Shown here one piece after another: positions 1 to 9,671 of a stretch of DNA of 64,000 nt; position 1 is the first letter of the stretch, and the number at the start of each line of letters is the position of its first letter. The notes under the pieces were generated by a model, which ran no database searches, was not told the origin of the DNA, and was given only the letters and a program-made list of their open reading frames with translations. The stretch comes from Kiritimatiellia bacterium (lineage in GTDB: Bacteria; Verrucomicrobiota; Kiritimatiellia; JAAZAB01), in assembly GCA_041653875.1 (NCBI GenBank), contig JBAZEM010000017.1, forward strand, positions 10 to 64,009, given 5' to 3'. The position numbers and the translations under genes are program-made.

Positions 1-1322
1 CAGCCGGCCTGGCCCCAAACGCCCGCGTTGTCGTAGAGCATGCGTCCGGCCATCAAATAAACGGACCAATAGCCGTCACGGAAAAAAGCGAGGTCGGACT
101 TGCCGTCGCCGTCATAGTCGCCCGGCGCCGGGATACAGCCGGCCCCGCCCCAGGGTCCGGCGTTGTCGTAAAGCACACTGCCGGCCATCAAGTAGATCGA
201 CCAATAACCGTTACGATAGACGGCGAGGTCGGACTTGCCGTCGCCGTCATAATCCTCAACCGCCCGCGTCGTCCCTACGGCCCATTTCGCGATATAATTC
301 GCCGCCAATCCGCCGGCCGTGATAAAATAACCGCTGACGTAGAGATTGTTGGAGCTGTCGCAGATCAGGACCGTGGCGGAATTGTTCAGCCCGCTGTCGA
401 GAATGGACCAGGCAAACCCGTTCCATTTGGCGATCCGGTGCGCCGCCTTGCCGCCGGCCATGTTGAACTCCCCGCCGGCGTAAAGATTGCCGGAGCGGTC
501 ACAGGCCAGGGCGTTCACCGAGTAATCCATCCCGCTGCCGAGATTCAGCCAGGTTGTCCCGTTCCATTTGGCGACTGCGTAGGCATCCACGTCGCCCGCG
601 GTGGAAAAGTGTCCGCCGGCATAGAGGTTCCCGAATCTATCCGCGACCAGGGTTTTGACAACGTCGAGCGCGCCGCCGCCATGGATCCCGCTGCCGAGGT
701 TGGTCCAGGTCGTTCCATTCCATTTGGCGACATGGCCGGCCGCGACGCCGCCGGCATTGGTGAACGATCCGCCGGCATAGAGATTGCCGTCGCCGTCGAA
801 GGCCAGGGCCTCGACGTAGAAGTCCATGCCGACGCCGAGGTTGGTCCAGGTCGTTCCATTCCATTTTGCGATGAAATTCGCCGGAACGCCGCCGATCGTG
901 GTGAACGCTCCGCCGGCGTAGAGGTTGCCGGAGCTGTCGCAGGCCAATGCGTAAACATACCAGTCAATGCCGGCGCTGATGTTGGTCCAGGTTGTCCCAT
1001 TCCATTTCTCGATCATGGCGCCGCCCGCGGCATAGAGGTTGCCGGAATTGTCGAAGGCCAACTCGTAGATGTTGCCGCCCGCCCGCGCGCCAGCCAGGTT
1101 GGTCCAGGTCGTTCCATCCCATTTGGCGATGCGATTGACCGCCAGCCCGCCGGCATTGGTGAAATCGCCGCCGACATAGAGACTGCCGGAAGCGTCGAAA
1201 GCCAGCGCATAACCGGCGCTGCTCATCCCGCTGCCGAGGTTGGTCCAGGTCTGGGCGCCGCTTTCCGTCACGCCCAGCGCCGCCATACATGCGATCGAGA
1301 TTAACCATACGATTTTTTTCAT
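1..1322 (-). CDS. Secreted beta-propeller repeat protein with FG-GAP/VCBS-like C-terminal repeats (partial; C-terminus beyond window start)
   Basis: Revcomp ATG at 1322-1320 then signal-peptide-like MKKIVWLISIACMAALGV. About 8 tandem ~45-aa repeats with K/AKW(N/D)GTTWTNLGSG ... GNLYAGG.FT.AGG. Terminal DYDGDGKSDLAVYR/AFFR repeats. The listed + ORF 438..1304 is its antisense shadow. Confidence 0.55.
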   Translation of the reverse strand, partial: MKKIVWLISIACMAALGVTESGAQTWTNLGSGMSSAGYALAFDASGSLYVGGDFTNAGGLAVNRIAKWDGTTWTNLAGARAGGNIYELAFDNSGNLYAAGGAMIEKWNGTTWTNISAGIDWYVYALACDSSGNLYAGGAFTTIGGVPANFIAKWNGTTWTNLGVGMDFYVEALAFDGDGNLYAGGSFTNAGGVAAGHVAKWNGTTWTNLGSGIHGGGALDVVKTLVADRFGNLYAGGHFSTAGDVDAYAVAKWNGTTWLNLGSGMDYSVNALACDRSGNLYAGGEFNMAGGKAAHRIAKWNGFAWSILDSGLNNSATVLICDSSNNLYVSGYFITAGGLAANYIAKWAVGTTRAVEDYDGDGKSDLAVYRNGYWSIYLMAGSVLYDNAGPWGGAGCIPAPGDYDGDGKSDLAFFRDGYWSVYLMAGRMLYDNAGVWGQAG

Positions 1323-1557
1323 CGCGCCTCGCTTTGTTTTTGGAACAACGATACGTTTGGAAACCATTACATTATGCCCGCAAAATTCCCGTTACGCAGA
1401 CCAACGCATTCTCGTGATCGAAGGTTATGCCGATCCCGGCAGAAGTCAACATGAAACCTCCGCGATGTCGCGCCCAGGAATACATTGCGTAAACGTCGGG
1501 GCACTGATATAAATTGCATGACCACTTTGCCCGTATTGCTTCGAGAAAGAAACCGCC

Positions 1558-1869
1558 ATGAACGATTCGCCTTATGAGAGATTTGAAGGCGGCGATCTGA
1601 TCCTGCGGGACGAACTCGCCATCGATCGCACCCATTTGGCAAACGAAAGAACTCTCATGGCGTACCTGCGTTCCGGGGTGGCCTTGCTGATCGCAGGCGT
1701 ATCCATCATGCACTTCTCGTCGGCAGGATGGTTCTGGATGGTCGGGCTGGCATGCCTTCCAACCGGCATTATCACCGGCGCAATCGGCGTGACAAGATAC
1801 CGGAGAATGAACCGATTGATTTCACTCGTGCGCCTGCAGTCGAAGACGAAGAAGTCAGGCGCCGCCTGA
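1558..1869 (+). CDS. DUF202 (YidH) family inner-membrane protein
   Basis: LANERTLMAYLRSGVALLIAGVSI matches the DUF202 signature (LANERTFLAWIRT...G); two predicted TM segments. Confidence 0.6.
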   Translation: MNDSPYERFEGGDLILRDELAIDRTHLANERTLMAYLRSGVALLIAGVSIMHFSSAGWFWMVGLACLPTGIITGAIGVTRYRRMNRLISLVRLQSKTKKSGAA

Positions 1870-1903
1870 CCAAACCTTGGAACACTACTTCGTGCCGGCG
1901 GCG

Positions 1904-3769
1904 TTATTGCATAACGCTGGCGATCCGTTCGGCGATGGCCGGCGCGGTCAGGCCGAAGCGCTCCGCCATGGTATCGAAGGGGCCCTGCGGAACGAACTGG
2001 CTGGGCCAGCCGAACCGCAGGCACGCGCCCCGGTAGCCGATTTCGGTCAGAACCTCGGTCACCCGCGAGCCGAATCCGCCCGTAACGACCCCGTTTTCGA
2101 AAGTTGCGATGCAACGCGCCGTAGCCGCCTGGCGGCTTAGCAGGTCGTGGTCCAGCGGTGAGATAAAACGCGGATTAACGATGCCCGCCGATAAGCCCTG
2201 GGCCGCCAGCAATTGGGCCGCTTGTTTGGCCAGCGGAATCATGTCGCCCAGGGCCCAAAGCTGGATATCGCGGCCTTCCTGGAGCGCCTCCGCGCGGCCC
2301 ATGGGGATTTCTTCGTATGTCGCCGGCAGGGGCGCGCCGGGCCCGCCGCCGCGCGGATAGCGGATCATGACCGGCCGCTGCCAGCGCATGGCGGAAAACA
2401 GCATATTGGCCAGTTCGGCCTCGTCTTTAGGTTGCAACAGAACCAGATTCGGCGCCGACCGGAACAGCGCGATATCGAACACGCCATGATGGGTTGGCCC
2501 GTCGTCCCCGACCAGCCCGGCGCGATCGAGACAAAAGATAACCGGCAACTGCTGGAGGCACACGTCGTGAATCACGTAGTCCACGCTGCGCTGGGCAAAC
2601 GTGGAATAAACGGCCACGACCGGCCGCAAACCTTCCGCAGCCAGTCCGGCGGCGAACAGAACCGCATGCTCCTCGCAAATGCCGACATCGAAAAAACGGC
2701 CGGGATAGCGCTTGGCGAACCCGGTCAGGCCCGTGCCGATGGCCATGGCGGCCGTGATGGCCACCAGCTTGTCGTTGGTTTCGGCCATGCGTTCCAGGGT
2801 CCGGCCGAATACCTCCGAATATTTCAGGGTGCCGGCGGGCTTTAGCGCGGCGCCGGTGGAAGCTTCGAATGCGCCCGTGCCGTGCCACGCTTCCGGCTCG
2901 GCTTCCGCAAACGGATAACCCTTGCCCTTCTGGGTGGACACATGCAGCAGGATGGGCTCGTCCGAGCGCCGGGCGGTTTCGAGGGCCGAGACCAGCAGGT
3001 GCATGTTATGTCCGTCGATCGGGCCGATGTAACGGAGCCCAAACTCCTCGAACAACACATTGCGCAGGAACAGGCTTTTGACCGCTTCCTCCAGGCGAAA
3101 ATAAATGTGCCTCAGCCAGGTGAGCCGCAAGCGGTCCTTGGCGAAGCGTTCCACTGAACTTTTCCAGCGGTTATAGCGGGGATGGGCCAGTAATTCGCCC
3201 AATGTGCGCGCAATGGAACCCACGTTGGCGGAGATGGACATTTCATTGTCGTTCAGGATCACGATCAGGCGGCGCGTGGCCGAAGCCAGGTTGTTGAGCG
3301 CCTCGAACGAACTGCCGCATCCCAGGGCGCCGTCGCCCACGATGGCCACAACGTGTTCGGCGCCCCCGCGGCGGTCGCGCGCCACCGCCATGCCCAGCGC
3401 GGCCGAGAGGGCCGTGCCGGCGTGCCCGGCGCCGAACGCGTCGCAAGGGCTTTCCGATTTCAACGCAAACCCCGAGAGGCCGTTCAACTGGCGCAGGGTA
3501 TGAAACCGGTCCTTGCGGCCGGTGAGGATTTTATAGGTGTAGGTCTGATGGCTGACGTCCCACACGATTTTGTCGGTCGGCGGGTCGAAGACTTTCAGGA
3601 GCGCCATGGTCAGCTCCACCGCGCCCAGGTTGGCCGCCAGATGCCCGCCTGTCTGGCTGACCGTCCGAATAATCAGCGCGCGGATCTCCTCCGCCAGCGG
3701 ACCCAGCTCCTCCGGCGCCAGCGCCCGCAAATCGGCGGGGCTATTGACTTTGTCGAGAATGGGGTGCAT
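1904..3769 (-). CDS. dxs: 1-deoxy-D-xylulose-5-phosphate synthase
   Basis: 621 aa. N-terminal LDKVNSPADLR, TPP-binding GDGALTGG-type motif, transketolase-like C-terminal domain. Confidence 0.93.
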   Translation of the reverse strand: MHPILDKVNSPADLRALAPEELGPLAEEIRALIIRTVSQTGGHLAANLGAVELTMALLKVFDPPTDKIVWDVSHQTYTYKILTGRKDRFHTLRQLNGLSGFALKSESPCDAFGAGHAGTALSAALGMAVARDRRGGAEHVVAIVGDGALGCGSSFEALNNLASATRRLIVILNDNEMSISANVGSIARTLGELLAHPRYNRWKSSVERFAKDRLRLTWLRHIYFRLEEAVKSLFLRNVLFEEFGLRYIGPIDGHNMHLLVSALETARRSDEPILLHVSTQKGKGYPFAEAEPEAWHGTGAFEASTGAALKPAGTLKYSEVFGRTLERMAETNDKLVAITAAMAIGTGLTGFAKRYPGRFFDVGICEEHAVLFAAGLAAEGLRPVVAVYSTFAQRSVDYVIHDVCLQQLPVIFCLDRAGLVGDDGPTHHGVFDIALFRSAPNLVLLQPKDEAELANMLFSAMRWQRPVMIRYPRGGGPGAPLPATYEEIPMGRAEALQEGRDIQLWALGDMIPLAKQAAQLLAAQGLSAGIVNPRFISPLDHDLLSRQAATARCIATFENGVVTGGFGSRVTEVLTEIGYRGACLRFGWPSQFVPQGPFDTMAERFGLTAPAIAERIASVMQ

Positions 3770-3835
3770 GGAATAGATTTATTATTTCGGCTGCAGCTTG
3801 CCGCATTATGTTCATGTTAAGGAATTTCAATCCAC

Positions 3836-4200
3836 ACGGCGGCAAGCGGTTCTATCGAACCGCAACTACACCGGCTCGTTGTAGCGCCGTTCGAGAGAAC
3901 GGCAAAGTCGCGGCCTTTGGCCGCCTAACTTGATGTATAGGAAATCCAAACCCGCCGGGTCAGGGGACCCGGCCTACAATACTGTAGGCCCGGTGCCCTC
4001 ACCGGGCGTTATGAAAAAGCCGCCCCGCTGCGGGGCCTAACTTGAATTTTGGAATCTCATTGTTGTAGCCGCGAGACGATAGGCTCGCGTAATGGGGCGG
4101 AAGACGTCGGCCTTCGTCCGACGGCTACAGTTCCGCCAGAGGCGGATCCGCCTTCGGCGGAAAAAGTTGCCCCCGATTTATCGAAGGCCTAATTGAACCC
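3836..4200. repeat. GC-rich hairpin-mosaic dispersed element (family H)
   Basis: Chain of short perfect palindromes (gcggttctatcgaaccgc, gccgttcgagagaacggc, ccgggtcaggggacccgg, ggcctacaatactgtaggcc, gcccggtgccctcaccgggc, tgtagccgcgagacgataggctcgcg/cggctaca, ggcggatccgcc). Same modules recur at 14900-15100, 23935-24330, 32235-32340, 34025-34150, 37795-37855, 43385-43500. Confidence 0.7.
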
Positions 4201-4204
4201 GTGG

Positions 4205-4501
4205 TTACTTCTTTTCCGTGGTGCCTAATTCCTCTGCGGTCGTATCCTCCCCAGGCTCTTCCGGCGCCTCGAACGGCGCCAGAACGGTCTTCTCGCCCTG
4301 CTTGACCAGCAATTCGATCTTGCGCTCCACCTCGTTGAGTTTGGTCGAACAGACCCCGACCAGGCTCATGCCCTCCTCAAAATGTTTCATCATTTTTTCA
4401 AGGCTAAGCTCGCCGCTTTCCATCTCGCGGACAATCGTTTCCAGTCGCTCCAGCGATTTTTCGAAGCCCGGTTGTTTGTCGCTGTTTTTGACTGCTGTCA
4501 T
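4205..4501 (-). CDS. xseB: Exodeoxyribonuclease VII small subunit
   Basis: 98 aa with SFEKSLERLETIVREMESGELSLE signature; immediately downstream of xseA. Confidence 0.85.
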   Translation of the reverse strand: MTAVKNSDKQPGFEKSLERLETIVREMESGELSLEKMMKHFEEGMSLVGVCSTKLNEVERKIELLVKQGEKTVLAPFEAPEEPGEDTTAEELGTTEKK

Positions 4502-4554
4502 GGTCTAAACCTCCAATGTGCCATCTTCTCCGGTCTGGCGTCTGGCTTTCGTCT

Positions 4555-4642
4555 TCCATTCTCCTTCTTCATTGGACGTTGGGCGTTCGGCGGTGGATGT
4601 TGGACGTTTGCTTCTTTTCCTTCTTCTCCGGTCCGCCGTCTG
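4555..4642. repeat. ATCGAAC/ATCCAAC-word element (single arm) in xseA-xseB spacer
   Basis: ctccttcttcattggacgttgggcgttcggcggtggatgttggacgtttgcttcttttcc; copies at 9675-9750 and 10340-10440. Confidence 0.65.
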
Positions 4643-4643
4643 T

Positions 4644-5906
4644 TTAAAGAACTTCCGATTCAAACGTGCCCTGCGCCACCCGGGTTGTGATCCGGTCGCC
4701 GGGGTGCGCCTGCCCGGCCGTCTTGATTACGCTCCCGTCCGGTCTGAATGTAATACTATACCCGCGTTTCAAAATCGCAAGCGGGTTTATGCCTTTCAAC
4801 TGGGTCTCCAGCCGCGCCAGGGCCATGGCTTGAACGTGGTTCCAGGCCTGCATCGATCGGGCAAGCCTTCCGTTAAGCTCGTCCACCCGTTGTTGTTCCT
4901 GGCGCAGGCTGTTTTCAGCCCGGCGTTGCAGGCCCGCGTGCAGGCGTTCGATCCGTTCCAGGATGCGCCGCACCAGGTGGCGCGGCTCGCGGAACACGTA
5001 ACTGCGGCCGGCGGCCAGAAAGCGATGTTTTAAATCCGCCACCTGGCGGCTGAGCGCGCGGCCTATGCGCCGCGAACATTCCTGGAGCTGGGCTTCAAAA
5101 TCCGTCTTGCGTCCGACGACCAATTCCGCCGCCGCCGAGGGGGTCGGCGCGCGCAGGTCGGCCACAAAATCGCCGATCGTGAAATCGATTTCGTGGCCGA
5201 CGGCTGAAATAACCGGGATGGCCGAACGCGCGATGGCGCGGGCCACAACTTCCTCGTTGAAGCACCACAGGTCCTCCAAACTGCCGCCGCCGCGGCCGAC
5301 GATCAGGACGTCCATGTCACCCCGGCGGTTAAAGTCGTCTATGGCCGCGGCGATTTCCACGGCGGCGCCCGGCCCCTGGACGCGCACGCCCGCCACAACG
5401 ACGTGCACATTATAGAATCGGCGCGTCAGGACGTTGAGGATATCCCGGATGGCCGCGCCGGTGGGCGAAGTCACGATTCCGATGTGCCGGGGCAGGCGCG
5501 GCAGGGGCTTTTTGCGCGCCGGATCGAAAAGGCCTTCCGCCGCCAGCTTGCGTTTGAGCGCCTCAAAGGCCGCCTGCAAGGCCCCTTGGCCGGCCATTTC
5601 CAGAGTGCGGACGATCATCTGGTACTGGCCGCTTTTTTCATAGACGCTGACGAGCCCCTGGGCCCGCAACAGCATGCCGTCCTTGGGCTGGAAGCGCAGG
5701 CCGCGCTGGTTGCCGCGGAACATCACGCCGGTCAATTGCGCGCTCTCGTCCTTGAGCGTGAAGTACCAGTGACCCGAGGTCGGCTGGCGGAAATTGGAAA
5801 GTTCGCCCTCCACCCAGATTTCGCCGACCTCATCCTCCAGGACGGTTTTGATTAGGCGCGTGAGTTCGGACACGCGGTAGATTTTGGGCTGAAGCTCAAG
5901 AGTCAT
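4644..5906 (-). CDS. xseA: Exodeoxyribonuclease VII large subunit
   Basis: 420 aa, OB-fold N-terminus (VWVEGELSNF), tRNA_anti-like plus ExoVII_L catalytic region. Confidence 0.9.
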   Translation of the reverse strand: MTLELQPKIYRVSELTRLIKTVLEDEVGEIWVEGELSNFRQPTSGHWYFTLKDESAQLTGVMFRGNQRGLRFQPKDGMLLRAQGLVSVYEKSGQYQMIVRTLEMAGQGALQAAFEALKRKLAAEGLFDPARKKPLPRLPRHIGIVTSPTGAAIRDILNVLTRRFYNVHVVVAGVRVQGPGAAVEIAAAIDDFNRRGDMDVLIVGRGGGSLEDLWCFNEEVVARAIARSAIPVISAVGHEIDFTIGDFVADLRAPTPSAAAELVVGRKTDFEAQLQECSRRIGRALSRQVADLKHRFLAAGRSYVFREPRHLVRRILERIERLHAGLQRRAENSLRQEQQRVDELNGRLARSMQAWNHVQAMALARLETQLKGINPLAILKRGYSITFRPDGSVIKTAGQAHPGDRITTRVAQGTFESEVL

Positions 5907-6300
5907 GGAGTACGCGCGCCCCGGTTAAGCGCACACCGGCCTTCTCGAAGGTGATGATCTCATTCACGGAGCGCATGTACTCCGCGTGAATCAACCGATC
6001 TACGAAACCAGGATTGGCGCTCGCGAGATTTGGGACCATAATGACCGTTGCCGCCATGCCCAAGGCCTTGACGCCGCTGTCAGTCAGAAACTTGGCGATC
6101 GAACGCAGGGCCTCGGCCTTTGGCACGCCGTAGTGGTATTGTAGCGCGAAATAAACCTCCGCCACCACCAAATCCGACACGAGTAATGCGGCGCCACGTC
6201 CCATCAGTTCCTGGACCTCTTTGAGCGCACATCGGGCTTGAGTCTCCGGTTCGCCGGTAAGCAGGCGCAGGACCACCGAGGTGTCGAGTCCTACTTTCAC
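5896..6300 (-). CDS. vapC: PIN-domain toxin (VapC family)
   Basis: MKVGLDTSVVL N-terminal acidic PIN motif, 134 aa; overlaps the upstream small antitoxin-like ORF. Confidence 0.7.
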   Translation of the reverse strand: MKVGLDTSVVLRLLTGEPETQARCALKEVQELMGRGAALLVSDLVVAEVYFALQYHYGVPKAEALRSIAKFLTDSGVKALGMAATVIMVPNLASANPGFVDRLIHAEYMRSVNEIITFEKAGVRLTGARVLHDS

Positions 6301-6593
6301 AGGCTTCGCTTCCCCGTCGCGTCTTTATGGGTGCGGCCCATGACGATGCTTTGGCGAACAGCGGCCATGTCGTGGTGCTCCACCTGTGCCGCGTATTTGC
6401 GCGCTACGCCGAACCAAGCTGGCGTCGTTCCCCCCATTGCCAAAACCGGCGCCGCAGTCGGCTCTTCTCCAGCTTCCCCGATCCAGCCCTGAAACAGGGT
6501 AACGGCCACCTCGCGCACAGGCTGCCCCTGCATTGCGCTCTTAGCTTTGACCCGCCGATAGAGATCATCCGGTATATCAATCGTTGCTTTCAT
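6297..6593 (-). CDS. Putative antitoxin of the VapBC pair
   Basis: Small ORF with 4-nt overlap to vapC. Likely start at MKATIDIPDDLYRRVKAKSAMQG (RHH/AbrB-like N-terminus). Confidence 0.45.
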   Translation of the reverse strand: MKATIDIPDDLYRRVKAKSAMQGQPVREVAVTLFQGWIGEAGEEPTAAPVLAMGGTTPAWFGVARKYAAQVEHHDMAAVRQSIVMGRTHKDATGKRSL

Positions 6594-6779
6594 GTAAACA
6601 ATATACCTGTATTGCTGTATTCCTGTCAAGAACTCTTCCGGGCTCCATTCATGCTCAATTGCTTTTGCCTGTTTTTCTTAGCAATTGCCCGGCCAAATCT
6701 CGCCGGTGAACGATCACGCTTGCATGTCACGCTTGCATTTCTCCTGTAATATACTACTATTATTTGAGTATTAAAACGA

Positions 6780-7466
6780 TTGGGGATGAATCATTCAACC
6801 GGGAGGTATGCGATGAGCGAAGAAAATCGGGAAATCGAGCACCTGCGAGACGATTTGTCGGTAATCAAACAGGCAATGGGCACGGAACTTCCTTTCGGAT
6901 GGGCCGATGTTTATGGGGAGGTGGGGATGGCCTTCCTCGTTCTGCTGGGCGCAATATGGATGGGGCTTGTGCGGACAATTTGGTTTTACCATTATTGGGT
7001 GCTGGCCTTGATTGGGTTTTCTCTGCTATGGCTATGGGTGACTCGCGCTCAATTTCGACGCAGTACCGGCAAGAGTCCGGTTCGGCGTAAAATTATGACC
7101 GCTTCGTTGGTCATAACTCCGATTATGATCTTTGTGGTATTGGTCTATATATGGTATCAGACGAAGTATCTGTTGCCTTTGCTGAATATTCCTCTGTTGC
7201 CAGGTTTTCTGTCGGTTGTGGGTTCAATGTTATTCGGCATGGGTCTCGTGCTCATCTTTGTTTTGTTGACGCCTCCTATGCGATTCGCAGAGCTACCCGT
7301 TGCCGTATGTATGCTGTTATTGGGGATTTTTCTGCCTTTATGGGTAGTCTGGCATTTCGATTTGCCGAAAATAGCTTTGTGCATTTTTGGGATCGCGTGT
7401 GCGTTGATGGCTTGGATCCAGGCCCGGAAGCTTCAAAAAGCAGGCGTACCCCATGGCATCAATTAA
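6780..7466 (+). CDS. Polytopic membrane protein, unknown function
   Basis: 228 aa, ~6 hydrophobic helices. Sits in a low-GC (~45%) segment and overlaps the downstream regulator by 14 nt. Confidence 0.5.
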   Translation: MGMNHSTGRYAMSEENREIEHLRDDLSVIKQAMGTELPFGWADVYGEVGMAFLVLLGAIWMGLVRTIWFYHYWVLALIGFSLLWLWVTRAQFRRSTGKSPVRRKIMTASLVITPIMIFVVLVYIWYQTKYLLPLLNIPLLPGFLSVVGSMLFGMGLVLIFVLLTPPMRFAELPVAVCMLLLGIFLPLWVVWHFDLPKIALCIFGIACALMAWIQARKLQKAGVPHGIN

Positions 7467-7800
7467 TCTCAATGATCTTGACACGACAGTTCATGGTCCC
7501 GTTCGCCTGGGGATTCTCTCTGCCCTGCAGATTGACGGGCCGCTTGATTTCTGGACGTTGAAAAAACGCCTTCGAACGGCAGATGGAAGTCTGGCCATGC
7601 ATCTTCAAAAACTCGAAGACGTGAATTACATTGCCGGCAAGCGTCAGTTGGTCGGCAAGCGCCCGAAGACGACTTATCGCATGACTTCAGCAGGGAAGAA
7701 GGCTTTCATGGACTATTTAAATAAAATACAGCGCCTCATCGACGCCATCGAAGACACTACAAAACATTCTATAATCAAAAATAGCTACAAGCGACCGTGA
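7453..7800 (+). CDS. Winged-helix transcriptional regulator (HTH_34-like)
   Basis: HGPVRLGILSAL...GSLAMHLQKLEDVNYIAGKRQLVGKRPKTTYRMTSAGKKAF matches the PF13601-type winged-helix pattern. Confidence 0.6.
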   Translation: MASINLNDLDTTVHGPVRLGILSALQIDGPLDFWTLKKRLRTADGSLAMHLQKLEDVNYIAGKRQLVGKRPKTTYRMTSAGKKAFMDYLNKIQRLIDAIEDTTKHSIIKNSYKRP

Positions 7801-7953
7801 TCTGCAAAACATGTAACGGGGGTCAGCGGCCTGCGCCTATGAATTCTATCCGGGTAGCTGCGCCCGTGAGGTTTACCCGCCTCTGGCGGCGCCTTAGGCG
7901 ACCAGGGGCGTGGACTTCTCCGGCGGTCACGGGCTCACGCCCGCGGCTACAAG

Positions 7954-9507
7954 TTACCGCGCATATTCCACACAGCGTTTTTCACGGATGACGGTCACCT
8001 TGATCTGGCCGGGATATTGCAGGTCCTGCTCGATCTTTTTGCTGATGTCCCTCGCCAGGTGCATGGCGGCGGCGTCGTCCACCTTGTCCGGCACGACGAT
8101 GACGCGCACCTCGCGGCCGGCCTGGATGGCATAGCTTTTTTCCACGCCGGGGAAACCGCCGGCGATGGCCTCCAATTGTTCCAGGCGCTTGACATATACG
8201 GCGGTGGTTTCGGCGCGCGCGCCCGGGCGGGACGCCGAAATGGCGTCGGCCGCGGCCGCGAGCACCGCATACAAACTTTCCGGCGCCACGTCGGCGTGGT
8301 GGGCCGCCACGGCGTTGACCAGCAGTTGCGGCTCGTTGTGGCGCTTGAGGAAATCGGCGCCAATGACGGCATGACTGCCTTCCACTTCGCTGTCCAAGGC
8401 CTTGCCGATATCGTGAAACAATCCGACGCGCTTGGCCAGCATGATGTCCAAATCCATTTCGCCGGCCATGATGCCCATGAGGTGGGCGACCTCGATGGAA
8501 TGCATGAGCACGTTTTGGGCGTAACTGCTGCGGTATTTCAAGCGTCCCAGGGTCCGCACCAGGTCGGGGTCCACGCCCTGCAGACCCAGCGTGTAAATCG
8601 CCTCTTCCCCGGCGACGCGGACAAGTTCCGCCATTTCCTCCTTCACCTTGAGGACCACTTCCTCGATCCGGGCCGGATGAATGCGCCCGTCCATGATCAG
8701 GCGCTCCAGGGACTGTTTGGCGATTTCGCGCCGCAGGGGGTCGAAGGCTGAAATAACCACGGCCTCGGGTGTGTCGTCCACGAGCAGGTCCACGCCGGTG
8801 GCCGCCTCCAGCGCCCTGATGTTGCGGCCCTCGCGCCCGATGATGCGGCCTTTCAAATCGTCGCTGGGCAGGGCCACCGTGCTGGTCATGAGCTCGCTGA
8901 AATGTCCGCCGGAAAACCGCTGGATCGCCAGGGCCATAATTTTCTTGGCTTCGCGTTCGGCCGTTTCCTTGGCCTCTTCCTGCAGGCGGCGGACAAGCAT
9001 TCCGGTTTCCCCGCGCACTTCCTCCTCGATCCGGGCGATCAACGCGCGGCGCGCCTCTTCCAGGGTCATGCCGGCGATCCGCTGCAGTTTCTCGCGTTCG
9101 GTCTTGACCAGGGTCTGGTATTCCTCGCGCTGACGATTGACTTCCGTCTCTTTCTTTTCGGTTTCGGCCGTTTTTTGTTCGACCTGCTGATACTTTTTAT
9201 CGATCATGGCCACTTTGCGGTCCAGGTTCAACTCGCGCTGGGCGGCGCGCTCTTCCAAGGCGGCAATTTCCTGGCGGCGCGATTTGATATCGGTTTCGAA
9301 CTCCTCGCGCGCCTTGAGCACCGCCTCCTTGGCCTGGAGGCCGGCGCTTTGGCGAATGGATTCCGCCTCCCGCCGGGCGTCGCTCAGCATCCGGCTCGAA
9401 TCCTGTTCACTGGATTTTACGGCATACCGTCCAATAATCAGGCGAATGTAATAGCCCAGCGCCGCCGCCAACATAACCACGAATGCGCCTATCCACCACT
9501 GTGTCAT
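7954..9507 (-). CDS. rny: Ribonuclease Y
   Basis: 517 aa; N-terminal TM helix, long coiled coil, KH domain (GRIIGREGRNIRALE), HD domain (HSIEVAHLMGIMA ... HHADV). Confidence 0.9.
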   Translation of the reverse strand: MTQWWIGAFVVMLAAALGYYIRLIIGRYAVKSSEQDSSRMLSDARREAESIRQSAGLQAKEAVLKAREEFETDIKSRRQEIAALEERAAQRELNLDRKVAMIDKKYQQVEQKTAETEKKETEVNRQREEYQTLVKTEREKLQRIAGMTLEEARRALIARIEEEVRGETGMLVRRLQEEAKETAEREAKKIMALAIQRFSGGHFSELMTSTVALPSDDLKGRIIGREGRNIRALEAATGVDLLVDDTPEAVVISAFDPLRREIAKQSLERLIMDGRIHPARIEEVVLKVKEEMAELVRVAGEEAIYTLGLQGVDPDLVRTLGRLKYRSSYAQNVLMHSIEVAHLMGIMAGEMDLDIMLAKRVGLFHDIGKALDSEVEGSHAVIGADFLKRHNEPQLLVNAVAAHHADVAPESLYAVLAAAADAISASRPGARAETTAVYVKRLEQLEAIAGGFPGVEKSYAIQAGREVRVIVVPDKVDDAAAMHLARDISKKIEQDLQYPGQIKVTVIREKRCVEYAR

Positions 9508-9671
9508 AATTTTTCCTCCAGTCCCGATAAGGGGCGATTATTGTCTTTATTGTTTTACGTTTTCCCGTCTTCTCTGGGCCGTCGTCTGGTATCCGCTCTT
9601 CCGTCGCTTGCCAAGACCTTATCCTCTCCCAAGGGAGAGGAAAGAGGTGAGGGGGACATTTTCCAGCGACT

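Noticed and set aside
438-1304. 288-aa + strand ORF (MRRLAAGHVELPAG...)
   Set aside because: It is the antisense shadow of the minus-strand beta-propeller repeat gene, which has a clear signal peptide, start codon and repeat structure. Its Gly/Ala/Val-rich translation is typical of GC-rich antisense frames.
4100-4200. Rho-independent terminator at ccgccttcggcgg / ggcggatccgcc hairpins after xseB (also at 34120 and 24250)
   Set aside because: The hairpin is followed by an A-run on the + strand and preceded by a T-run on the - strand. Neither orientation gives a hairpin followed by a U-tract. These are better explained as modules of the family-H dispersed repeat.
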